Assembly (NCBI GenBank): GCA_040006195.1
Contig: JBDTXL010000471.1
Location: 1-26,342, forward strand
From: Gemmatimonadota bacterium
GTDB taxonomy: Bacteria; Gemmatimonadota; Gemmatimonadetes; Gemmatimonadales; Gemmatimonadaceae
DNA: 26,342 nt
Reading direction: 5' to 3'
The notes under the pieces were generated by a model. That model saw nothing but the letters and a program-made list of their open reading frames with translations. It did not search any database and was not told the DNA's origin. A program made the translations under genes and the position numbers. Positions 1-8,331 of this stretch are shown here, one piece after another. How positions within the stretch are numbered: position 1 is the first letter of the stretch; each line of letters begins with the position of its first letter.

Positions 1-7
1 CAGGACC

Positions 8-1492
8 ATGGGAGATCCGAAAGGGTTTCTGTCCTTTCCGCGCGCTGATCCGCGGCGGCTTCCGGTACTCGATCGACTCGGCAGCTGGCGCGAGTTCTAC
101 ACGCCGCCCGGCGAGGACACGACGCGCCAGCAGGCGGCGCGCTGCATGGACTGCGGTGTGCCGTTCTGCCAGGGCGACACGGGGTGTCCGGTGCAGAACA
201 TCATCCCCGACTGGAACGACCTCGTGTACCGCGACAAGTGGGAAGGGGCGCTCGCGTCGCTGCACTCGACGAACAACTTTCCGGAATTCACGGGGCGCCT
301 CTGCCCCGCCCCGTGCGAGTCTGCATGCGTGCTCGGCATCATCGATCGCCCTGTCGCGATTCGCAGCGTGGAGCAGGCGATAGCGGATCGCGGCTTCGAT
401 GCGGGGTGGATCGTGGCGCGGCCGCCAGCGGAGGAGAGCGGCTACCGCGTTGCCATCGCGGGCTCGGGGCCCGCCGGTCTCGCAGCCGCGCAGGAGCTTC
501 GCCGGCGCGGCCACGCGGTGACGGTATACGAGCGCTCCGATCGCATCGGTGGGCTGCTGCGATACGGAATCCCGGACTTCAAGATGGAGAAAAGCGTGCT
601 CGATCGGCGTCTCGCGCAGCTCATCGGCGAAGGCGTGGTGTTCGAGACGGGGGTCGACGTTGGTCACGACGTGCGCGTGGAGGAGTTGCGCGCCGACTTC
701 GATGCGGTGCTGCTCGCCGGCGGCGCGGCGCGCGCGCGAGATCTCGACGTTCCAGGACGCGACATGCGCGGCGTGCACTTCGCGATGGACTTCCTCGAGC
801 AGCAGAATCGCCGCGGTGCCGGCGAGGTCATCGCTCCCGAAATCAGCATCTCGGCCGCGGGAAAGCGCGTGGTCGTGATCGGCGGCGGCGACACGGGCTC
901 CGATTGCATCGGCACCTGTCATCGACAGGGAGTGCTCGAAGTCGTGCAGCTCGAGGTGATGCCACAGCCGCCCGCCAGTCGCCACGCGTCGACTCCGTGG
1001 CCGCTGTGGCCGATGCAGCTTCGCACGTCGCACGCGCACGAAGAGGGCGGCGCGCGCGACTGGAGCGTTTCCACTACGCACCTCTCCGGCGCAAATGGAG
1101 GCGTGCGTCGACTGCACGCCGTCCGCGTCGCCGCTCGCCTCGATGAAGCCGGACGCACGCACTTTGATCCGGTAGCCGCGAGCGACTTTACTATCGATGC
1201 GGATCTTGTGCTGCTCGCGATGGGGTTCGCCGGCCCATCGCCCGACGACCTCATCGCGCGGCTCGGCGTCGCGACGGACGCGCGCGGATGCGTCGTCACT
1301 GATGCCGGTCAGCGCACGAGCGTCGACGGCGTTTTCGCAGCGGGAGACATGCGCCGTGGCGCCTCGCTCATCGTATGGGCGATCCGCGAGGGGCGCGACG
1401 CGGCCCACGCGATCGACGCTTATCTGCGCGATGCCGAGCTGCGCGGCCTCGAGCGCGAAATAGCGACGTCGCCGGGTGCTGCAACGGCGTAG
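8..1492 (+). CDS. gltD: Glutamate synthase small (beta) subunit, NAD(P)H-dependent
   Basis: 494 aa. N-term MGDPKGFL; Fe-S cysteines CMDCGVPFC..CP and GRLCPAPCESAC; FAD motif GSGPAG; YGIPDFK; IGGGDTGSDC; C-term FAAGDMRRGASLIVWAIREGR. AGGA upstream of ATG. Confidence 0.95.
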   Translation: MGDPKGFLSFPRADPRRLPVLDRLGSWREFYTPPGEDTTRQQAARCMDCGVPFCQGDTGCPVQNIIPDWNDLVYRDKWEGALASLHSTNNFPEFTGRLCPAPCESACVLGIIDRPVAIRSVEQAIADRGFDAGWIVARPPAEESGYRVAIAGSGPAGLAAAQELRRRGHAVTVYERSDRIGGLLRYGIPDFKMEKSVLDRRLAQLIGEGVVFETGVDVGHDVRVEELRADFDAVLLAGGAARARDLDVPGRDMRGVHFAMDFLEQQNRRGAGEVIAPEISISAAGKRVVVIGGGDTGSDCIGTCHRQGVLEVVQLEVMPQPPASRHASTPWPLWPMQLRTSHAHEEGGARDWSVSTTHLSGANGGVRRLHAVRVAARLDEAGRTHFDPVAASDFTIDADLVLLAMGFAGPSPDDLIARLGVATDARGCVVTDAGQRTSVDGVFAAGDMRRGASLIVWAIREGRDAAHAIDAYLRDAELRGLEREIATSPGAATA

Positions 1493-1561
1493 CTTACCGC
1501 GGCTGGCAGAGGGCAGCTACATTCGCGCATATTCTTCGCTCTCGCGCCCCGGAGCACGCTG

Positions 1562-2206
1562 ATGTCGTTCGACCCGTCCCCGCTCGACTACTTCGTTCGC
1601 ACGGCGCTCGAGAAGGGTGAGGATCGCTCCGCGATCAGCACCGCGCTCGCCAGCGCAGGCTGGCCGCCAAAGGAGATCGCGAGCGCGCTCAGCGCCTACG
1701 CGGATCTCTCGTTCGCGGTTCCCGTGCCGCGTCCTCATGCGTCGCTGTCCGCGCGCGAGACTTTTCTCTACCTTGTCTTGTTCACCGCGCTGTATATCAG
1801 CATTTGGAACTTCGGAAATTTGCTCTTCGACTTCATCAACCGAACGTTTCCCGACGTCACGCAGCGCAGCTACCCGTCGTTCGACCTCGATTCCATCCGC
1901 TGGGACGTCGCGTCGTTGATCATCGCGTTCCCCGTCTTTCTCTGGACGAGCAACCACATCGGAAAACGGCTCGACGCGAATCCCGCGGAGCGACTCTCGC
2001 CCGTGCGGCACTGGCTCACGTATCTCACGCTCTTCATCGCGATCGCAGTTCTCATCGGTGATGGAATCACGGTCGTCTACAACATGCTCGGCGGCGAGCT
2101 GACGATACGCTTCGTGCTCAAGGCATTCGTCGTTGGCGGGATCGCGGCATGCGCGCTCTTTTATTATCTCCGCGATCTGCGCCACGGCACGAAAGAGGGC
2201 GAATGA
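1562..2206 (+). CDS. DUF5671-like integral membrane protein
   Basis: 214 aa. Short N-terminal helical domain (ALEKGEDRSAISTALASAGW), PVPRP linker, then about four hydrophobic segments (FLYLVLFTALYISIW; IRWDVASLIIAFPVF; WLTYLTLFIA; RFVLKAFVVGGIA). GGAG upstream. Family recognised from memory. Confidence 0.78.
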   Translation: MSFDPSPLDYFVRTALEKGEDRSAISTALASAGWPPKEIASALSAYADLSFAVPVPRPHASLSARETFLYLVLFTALYISIWNFGNLLFDFINRTFPDVTQRSYPSFDLDSIRWDVASLIIAFPVFLWTSNHIGKRLDANPAERLSPVRHWLTYLTLFIAIAVLIGDGITVVYNMLGGELTIRFVLKAFVVGGIAACALFYYLRDLRHGTKEGE

Positions 2207-2661
2207 CGACGAGTCGCATCTCCCCCGCTGGTGCGGCCGCGACGATTGCGGCTGCACTCGTCGTCGTCGCCGGGCTCATGGTCATCGGCGCACCCTCGCA
2301 AGCGCGCGACCGCCGCCTGGATCAATTGCGCGTCGACGACCTCAGCTCGCTTTCCGTCGCGGTCGATGATTACTGGTCCAAACACTCGACACTTCCGAAC
2401 GCCGCGGATTCCCTCGTCTCGACGCATCAGCTCGACAAGGTGCCAACCGACCCCGTGAGCCGAGCGCCCTATACGTATCTGGTGAGCGGGGAGCGATCTT
2501 ACAGGCTGTGCGCCACCTTCGCGCAGCCCTCGGACACCGCTGCAAGCACAGACGTAAGGGACTGGACGCTCGCCATCGGTGCCCGACATTCACATTCGTG
2601 GCGTCACGGCGCCGGAAAAAGCTGCTTCGATCTCACTCCGTCGTCGAAAGACCTCAAGTAG
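2203..2661 (+). CDS. Pilin/pseudopilin-like membrane-anchored protein (partner of the DUF5671-like gene)
   Basis: ATG at 2203 overlaps the upstream TGA (ATGA). 152 aa: N-terminal hydrophobic helix, then ARDRRLDQLRVDDLSSLSVAVDDYWSKHSTLP and DPVSRAPYTY...YRLCATF, a pattern resembling the pilin/GspG helix and globular head. Confidence 0.68.
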   Translation: MTTSRISPAGAAATIAAALVVVAGLMVIGAPSQARDRRLDQLRVDDLSSLSVAVDDYWSKHSTLPNAADSLVSTHQLDKVPTDPVSRAPYTYLVSGERSYRLCATFAQPSDTAASTDVRDWTLAIGARHSHSWRHGAGKSCFDLTPSSKDLK

Positions 2662-2687
2662 TCACCTCTCTCCCAAGGTCGAATCCA

Positions 2688-2990
2688 ATGGTAAGTCTTT
2701 CCGTGTACGTGCACATGAAGGCGAAGCCCGGCAAAGAGAAGGAAGTCGAGGAATTCCTCAAGGGAGGAGCGGCTATCGTGGAGCAGGAGCCCGGCACAAT
2801 CGCATGGTTCGCCATCAAAGAGGGACCGGGCAACTACGGCATCTTCGATGTGTTCGAGAACGAAGCCGGACGCGAAGCACATCTGACCGGCCAGGTCGCG
2901 AAAGCGCTGTTCGCGAAGGCACCCGACTTGTTCAGCGAGCCGCCTGAGATTCGGAAGCCCGACGTGCTCGCGGCAAAGCTGCCGAAGTAG
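2688..2990 (+). CDS. Antibiotic biosynthesis monooxygenase (ABM / putative quinol monooxygenase) family protein
   Basis: 100 aa from ATG 2688: KAKPGKEKEVEEFL...EPGTIAWFA...YGIFDVFENEAGREAHLTGQVAKAL, a typical ABM ferredoxin-like fold pattern. Confidence 0.85.
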   Translation: MVSLSVYVHMKAKPGKEKEVEEFLKGGAAIVEQEPGTIAWFAIKEGPGNYGIFDVFENEAGREAHLTGQVAKALFAKAPDLFSEPPEIRKPDVLAAKLPK

Positions 2991-2995
2991 ACAAA

Positions 2996-3078
2996 CCAGC
3001 CGACCGCTGGATTCGCCCCACCTGATTCATCAGGTGGTGGCGGATTGCCGCTCGAAAGCGATCTTAGCGAAAGAGATC
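2996..3078 (+). other. Cluster of stem-loops between the ABM gene and the PQQ dehydrogenase (terminator/attenuator or structured leader)
   Basis: CCAGC-N5-GCTGG (2996-3010); CCACCTGAT-TC-ATCAGGTGG (3018-3037) extended by ATTCGCC/GGCGGAT; CGCT-CGAA-AGCG (3049-3060); GATCT..AGATC (3060-3078). No U-tract follows. Confidence 0.35.
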
Positions 3079-3110
3079 AGTCATTCGCGTCCCTCGTGAG
3101 AGACTCGCCG

Positions 3111-4889
3111 ATGTCCCTGCGCCGCACAGCAGTCCCCGCCTTCGCCGTGTTCGCTGTCGTTTCCTCGCTTCTCGCCTCGCACGCTTCAGCTCAGAGTGCG
3201 CCCGCCGATGGCGACTGGACGATGCCGTCGAAGGACTTCGCCGCCACGCGCTACAGCGCGCTGGCGCAGATCACTCCCGACAACGCGAAAAAGCTCCACC
3301 CCGTGTGGAGCTTCTCCACTGGAACGCTCGGCGGACACGAGGGGCAGCCGCTCGTCGTGCACAACACGTTGTACGTAGTGACGCCGTATCCGAACGTCCT
3401 CTACGCTTTCGATCTCACCAAGGAAGGGTACCCGCTCAAGTGGAAGTACCGGCCGAATGTCGATGCGAACGCGATCGGCATCTCGTGCTGCGACGTCGTC
3501 AATCGCGGCGCCGTGTACGCGAACGGGAAGATCGTCTATAACCTGCTCGACGGTCACACTGTCGCCGTCGATGCGGTGAGCGGGCAAGAGCTGTGGATGA
3601 CGAAGATCGCAGATCTCGCCGCTGGTGAGACGACGCCGATGGCCCCGCTCATCGTCAAGGATCGCGTGCTCGTCGGCGCATCGGGTGGCGAGTTCGGCAT
3701 CCTCGGCTGGCTCAAAGGGCTCGATCTCGCGACGGGGAAAATCGTGTGGACGGCCACCAACATTGGTCCCGACTCGCTCGTGCTCGCGAAGGCCGGCACC
3801 TTCAAGGCGTTCTACGACAAGGGCGCGCAACTTGGTCAAACCACCTGGCCAGCCGATGCATGGAAGCACGGCGGTGCCCCTGTGTGGGGCTGGATGTCAT
3901 ATGACCCCGAGCTCGATCTCGTCTACTATGGTGTGGGCAATCCGGGGCCGTACAACGCCGATCAGCGACTGGGCGACAACAAGTGGACGGCGAGTGTGCT
4001 CGCGCGTCATCCCGGAGATGGCTCGCTCGTGTGGGCGTATCAGTTCACGCCGCACGACATGTGGGACTTCGACGCGGCAGCCGAGATGATTCTCGTCGAC
4101 CTCAAGATCGGCGGGAAGCTTCGGAAGGTCCTCGTGCACTTCGACAAGAACGGCTTCGAGTACACGATGGATCGAGCGACCGGTGAGGTGCTGCTGGCCG
4201 AGCCGTACGTGAAGGTCAACTGGGCGTCGAAGATCGATCTTGCAACGGGGCGGCCGGTGCTCAACGAGACGAAACAGACCGGCGCATCGAAGGGGAATGT
4301 GAAGGACATCTGCCCGACGCTGGAAGGTGGCAAGAGCCCGGCATCGCCAGTAGCCTATTCGCCTCGCACGGGATTGTTCTACGCGTCGACGAACAGCATG
4401 TGCATGGACTACGCGGCCGTGCAGACAGCGCATCTGAAGGGCACGCCATTCATGGGGATCAACAGCCCGTATCACGCGGGGAGCGATCCCAACATGGGCG
4501 CGTTCATCGCGTGGGATGCGACCACGGGCAAGCGCGCGTGGTCGATCGCCGAGCCGTTTCCGGTATGGAGCGGATCGCTCGCAACGCGCGGCGACGTCGT
4601 GTTCTACGGCACGCTGGACGGATGGTTCAAGGCGGCGAACGCGAAAAGCGGTGCGGTGCTCTGGAAGTTCAAGGTAGGCTCGGGAGTGGTCGGCGATCCG
4701 ATCACATTCACCGGCGCCGATGGAAAGCAGTACGTCGCCATCTACGCGGGGATCGGCGGCGACTGGCTGCTCCTCGCCGGCGACTACATCTCGAACGATC
4801 CCGCGGACGTGCGCGATCCAGCGGATTTCGCCCGCAATCTGGCTCGGCATACCAGCCAGGGCGGGATCGTCTGGATCTTTGCGCTGTAG
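3111..4889 (+). CDS. PQQ-dependent dehydrogenase, methanol/ethanol family (XoxF/ExaF-related, lanthanide-type motif)
   Basis: 592 aa from ATG 3111 with a Sec signal (AFAVFAVVSSLLASHASA). Motifs: GHEGQPLVV, vicinal CCDVVNRG, GGEFG, WGWMSYDPELDLVYYGVGNP, DNKW, TPHDMWDFD, GKQYVAIYAGIGG. Confidence 0.93.
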   Translation: MSLRRTAVPAFAVFAVVSSLLASHASAQSAPADGDWTMPSKDFAATRYSALAQITPDNAKKLHPVWSFSTGTLGGHEGQPLVVHNTLYVVTPYPNVLYAFDLTKEGYPLKWKYRPNVDANAIGISCCDVVNRGAVYANGKIVYNLLDGHTVAVDAVSGQELWMTKIADLAAGETTPMAPLIVKDRVLVGASGGEFGILGWLKGLDLATGKIVWTATNIGPDSLVLAKAGTFKAFYDKGAQLGQTTWPADAWKHGGAPVWGWMSYDPELDLVYYGVGNPGPYNADQRLGDNKWTASVLARHPGDGSLVWAYQFTPHDMWDFDAAAEMILVDLKIGGKLRKVLVHFDKNGFEYTMDRATGEVLLAEPYVKVNWASKIDLATGRPVLNETKQTGASKGNVKDICPTLEGGKSPASPVAYSPRTGLFYASTNSMCMDYAAVQTAHLKGTPFMGINSPYHAGSDPNMGAFIAWDATTGKRAWSIAEPFPVWSGSLATRGDVVFYGTLDGWFKAANAKSGAVLWKFKVGSGVVGDPITFTGADGKQYVAIYAGIGGDWLLLAGDYISNDPADVRDPADFARNLARHTSQGGIVWIFAL

Positions 4890-4902
4890 CGGAGGAATAC
4901 CC

Positions 4903-5424
4903 ATGAGAAGATCTTCTTCGCTGTCGCGCACGATGATCGTGATCACGCTGCTTTCGAGCGGCGCGTGTAGCGACCAGCGTGCGACGTCGCGCGCTACGAC
5001 AGCTGATTCGTCGGCGACTTCCATCACCTCGACGACTGCAGCCACGGCGACGAACGCGCTCGTCATCTCCCGTCATGATGATCGTGTCTTCGCCGGCGGA
5101 ATCGCGCCGCCGGCGGAGAAGTTCACGAACGAGGCCGCATCGGATGCGAAGGCGGCGGATGCGGGAGCGACGCTCTTCACCGGAATGAACTGTGATGGAT
5201 GCCACGGCGGCGGAGCGGTGGGCGCGGTGGGCCCGAGTCTCACGGACGGACGCTGGAGATACGGAGGTGCCGACGTGGACATCTATCGGTCGATCGCGGA
5301 GGGACGACCGAAGGGGATGCCCGCCTTTGGTGGAGTGCTGCAACCGGCGATGATCTGGCGGCTCGTGGTGTACATCAAGTCGCTCCCACTGCCGAAAGAC
5401 GTGTCGACGGAGTCGTGGCAGTAG
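4903..5424 (+). CDS. Monoheme c-type cytochrome lipoprotein (probable electron acceptor of the PQQ dehydrogenase)
   Basis: GGAGG at 4891-4895, ATG 4903, 173 aa. Lipobox-like LSSGAC, Thr/Ala/Ser linker, CDGCH heme motif, GPSLTDGRWRYGG, distal Met in GRPKGMPAFG. Confidence 0.9.
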   Translation: MRRSSSLSRTMIVITLLSSGACSDQRATSRATTADSSATSITSTTAATATNALVISRHDDRVFAGGIAPPAEKFTNEAASDAKAADAGATLFTGMNCDGCHGGGAVGAVGPSLTDGRWRYGGADVDIYRSIAEGRPKGMPAFGGVLQPAMIWRLVVYIKSLPLPKDVSTESWQ

Positions 5425-7100
5425 TTCGAGCGCGAGGGATCGCGCTCGCGCTGACGCTCGCGATCTGCGGCGGCCGCGGCGCTCTCGCTCAGGGGGGCGC
5501 CGCAACGACGATCTACACCGGCTCCTTCATCACTCTCGACTCGCTCGGCTCACGCGCGCACGCGATCGGCGTGCGCCGCGGCACGATCGTCGCCGTCGGC
5601 AGCATCGCGCACGTCGATTCCGCCGTCGGCTCGAACGCGAAGCACGTCGCCATCCCCGGCTTCGTGCTCCCCGGCTTCGTCGACGCGCACGCGCACCCGC
5701 TCTTCCTCGGCCAGCAGCTCGAGACTACGGACCTGCACGCGCTTTCGAAGGCCGAGGTGATGCGAAGGGTCAGCGTGGCGGCGAGCAAGGCGCCCGCGGG
5801 CGCCTGGATTCGCGGATCGGGATGGGACCAGGCGTTCTGGACGCCGCCAGACTTCCCGACAGCGACCGAGCTCGATCGCGTGAGCGCCGGGCATCCCGTG
5901 ATCCTCGATCGGGTGGACGGCCACGCGGTGTGGGTGAACGGCCGCGCACTCGAGCTCGCGCATATCGAGGCGCATCGCGCGGATCCATCCGGCGGGCGCA
6001 TCATGCGCGATGCGGCCGGTGCGCCTACCGGGATCTTTCTCGACTCCGCGATGTCGCTCGTCACGCGCGCGATGCCCGTGCAGTCCGCGGCGACGATCGA
6101 GCGCCAGCTGCGAGCGGCGCTCGCGCAGTACTCGGCGTGGGGGCTCACCGGCGTTCACGATGCGCAAGCCGATCTTCCCGTGCTTCGCGTCTGGAAGTCG
6201 CTGGCGGCGCGAGGGCTGCTCTCGGCGCGCATGTACGTGATGTCCGCGTCGCAGAGTCCAACGCTCAGCAGGACGCTCGCCGAGGGGATGCGCGTTGGCA
6301 CCGTGAGCGACCTGCTCACGATTCGAAGCGTAAAGGTCGTGCTCGACGGCGCGCTCGGCTCGCGCGGCGCGGAGCTTCGCGATCCGTACGCCGACGAGCC
6401 GGGAAAGCGCGGCCTCGTGCTCGTGAGCGACGCCGAGCTCGACTCGATCATCAAGCTGTGCATCGGGCGCGGCTTTCAGGTGAATGTGCACGCGATCGGC
6501 GACGCGGCGAACCGTCGGCTGCTCGATGCGTTCGCGCGCGCGGAGCCGGCCACGCGCACGCTCCGCTTCCGCGATGAGCATGCGTCGCTCGTCTCCGACG
6601 ATCAGCTTCCACGTTTCAAGGAGCTCGGCGTCATCGCGTCGATCCAGCCGGTGTTCGTCGGCGAGTATAGCAGATTCGCCGAAGCGAGGGTCGGTGCGCA
6701 GCGCGTCCATTGGGTGGAGCGCACGCGCGATTTCGTGTCGAGCGGCGTGCGCATCGCAAGTGGAACGGATTATCCCGCGAGCGACACTGGCGATCCGATC
6801 GTGACACTTTTCTCGATGGTGACGCGGCGCGGTGCGGACGGGACGCCGAAGGGAGGATGGCTCCCCGATCAGCGCGTGAGCATAGACGTCGCGTTGCGGA
6901 GCATGACCGCCGGGCCAGCGTACGCCGCCTTCGAGGAGAACGAGCTTGGCGCGATCACTGTGGGCCGCATCGGGGACTTCACCGTGCTCTCCGGCGATCC
7001 CTACGCGACGGCGCCAGACTCGCTAATCAACCTGCGTGTGATTCGCACGATCGTCGCCGGCAAAACCGTGTGGAAGCGAAAGCCATCCGCGTCACGGTGA
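5415..7100 (+). CDS. Exported amidohydrolase family 3 (YtcJ/NfdA-like) metallohydrolase
   Basis: GTG 5415 overlaps the cytochrome stop, GGAG just upstream; about 561 aa. Signal peptide; metal motifs GFVDAHAH, KVVLDGALGSRGA, VHAIGD, DEHAS, GTDYP; C-term TIVAGKTVW. Confidence 0.9.
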   Translation: MAVVRARGIALALTLAICGGRGALAQGGAATTIYTGSFITLDSLGSRAHAIGVRRGTIVAVGSIAHVDSAVGSNAKHVAIPGFVLPGFVDAHAHPLFLGQQLETTDLHALSKAEVMRRVSVAASKAPAGAWIRGSGWDQAFWTPPDFPTATELDRVSAGHPVILDRVDGHAVWVNGRALELAHIEAHRADPSGGRIMRDAAGAPTGIFLDSAMSLVTRAMPVQSAATIERQLRAALAQYSAWGLTGVHDAQADLPVLRVWKSLAARGLLSARMYVMSASQSPTLSRTLAEGMRVGTVSDLLTIRSVKVVLDGALGSRGAELRDPYADEPGKRGLVLVSDAELDSIIKLCIGRGFQVNVHAIGDAANRRLLDAFARAEPATRTLRFRDEHASLVSDDQLPRFKELGVIASIQPVFVGEYSRFAEARVGAQRVHWVERTRDFVSSGVRIASGTDYPASDTGDPIVTLFSMVTRRGADGTPKGGWLPDQRVSIDVALRSMTAGPAYAAFEENELGAITVGRIGDFTVLSGDPYATAPDSLINLRVIRTIVAGKTVWKRKPSASR

Positions 7101-8198
7101 GATCGCGACGTGCGGCCGCGCGAAAACGGAATCCCAGCTCGCCAGCGACGGCTTCGGCGTAAGCACCGTGTCGACGAGACCGATAGACACGAAGGGCGCG
7201 ACCTGCGGGTCGTCTGCAGGAAGGCCGAAGGCGACGAGATTGATGTCGGTGAAGTCGAGCTGGAACCACGCCAGCGCATGTGCATTGTCGAGAAGAGTGG
7301 CGGCGCGATCGATCCACGCGGCCTGGAGCGCAGGCGATGAGTGCACCGCTCCGATATTCGCCGACGACCACCCGCCCTCGGTGACGAGCACCCGCAGCGC
7401 AGGCGAGCCAGCGAGTCGAGAGAAGTAATCCGCCGGCACCTGACTCGGATCGGTGTATCCGGCGAGATAGGGATAGGCCGAGAGCCCGAGAACATCGATG
7501 AAGGGAAAGTCGGCGCGATCCCGGTCGATGCCGACGAATGTCATCGGGCCGCCGAGGCCGAGCCTCCCCCACGCCACATCCACCTGCGCGCTGATATAAA
7601 GTGGCGTGTCGTATCCCGCCGTCCGAATATCGGCCGCTGCATCATTGCTCATGCGCACGACGGCTGCGTACACCGCCGGGCTCGATGCGAGCCGAATCAG
7701 ATTCGTCTCGGAGGCGAGGCCGAGATACGCCGGCGCGGCGAGTTTGGCGATCGACACCGCGTACTTGCGATAAACCCTCTGAACCGTGTCTTCCGTGATG
7801 CTATGGCCCAGCGCGAGCAGCGAGGGCGCCTCAGCCGAGCGGTCGATGCCATTGGTGAGATCCGTCTCGATGACGACCTGCTTGCCGAGCGACTTGTAGA
7901 CGTTTGTGAGCGGAAGGATCGTCACGCTCACGATGAAGTCGGGATCGATGCCATGGAGCATCGCCCCCCATGGTGGATCGAGATGCAGGATCGCGGCGTC
8001 GGAGCGCGAATTCCACAGCTGGACGCTGCGCCGCTGCAGCGCGGTGTCGGGCGCGGGGGGAAAGTTGGAGAAGCCCATGAGGTAGCTGCGGCTACGCGTG
8101 CCGGGGCCGCTCGAGTCGGAGCCGCAGGCGAGCGTCACGAGGAGGGCGGCCAACACGGCAAAGGTGAGCGCAAGTCGGACCCGGCGTGCGATCATCAT
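7092..8198 (-). CDS. Lipoprotein with a clan GH-A-like (beta/alpha)8 glycoside hydrolase pattern
   Basis: AGGAG then ATG at 8198 (or 8195); 368 aa. Lipobox-like VTLAC; candidate acid/base LASETN; LGLSAYPY; candidate nucleophile VLVTEGGW; C-term GLVDTVLTPKPS. Overlaps the amidohydrolase 3' end by 9 bp, convergently. Confidence 0.62.
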   Translation of the reverse strand: MMIARRVRLALTFAVLAALLVTLACGSDSSGPGTRSRSYLMGFSNFPPAPDTALQRRSVQLWNSRSDAAILHLDPPWGAMLHGIDPDFIVSVTILPLTNVYKSLGKQVVIETDLTNGIDRSAEAPSLLALGHSITEDTVQRVYRKYAVSIAKLAAPAYLGLASETNLIRLASSPAVYAAVVRMSNDAAADIRTAGYDTPLYISAQVDVAWGRLGLGGPMTFVGIDRDRADFPFIDVLGLSAYPYLAGYTDPSQVPADYFSRLAGSPALRVLVTEGGWSSANIGAVHSSPALQAAWIDRAATLLDNAHALAWFQLDFTDINLVAFGLPADDPQVAPFVSIGLVDTVLTPKPSLASWDSVFARPHVAISP

Positions 8199-8331
8199 CG
8201 TATACCACTCCTGATTCGAGCTCGTGACGCGCACGACCTTGCCGAAAATGTGCGACTGTCGGACCCGTCTTTATCTTGCTGAGCAGGAGACGATCCAGCA
8301 ATCTGTCACGTCCCGATCCGGATACCCAGTC

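Noticed and set aside
2989-3045. c-di-GMP-I (GEMM) riboswitch suggested by GACAAACC followed by a hairpin
   Set aside because: The hairpin lacks the GNRA loop, and the downstream ACGCAAAG-type consensus is absent.
3111-4889. Assigning the gene symbol xoxF or mxaF
   Set aside because: The substrate loop (GGKSPASP), the DKNG motif and the C-terminus deviate from both, and no mxaI or xoxJ is adjacent. The clade needs a phylogeny.
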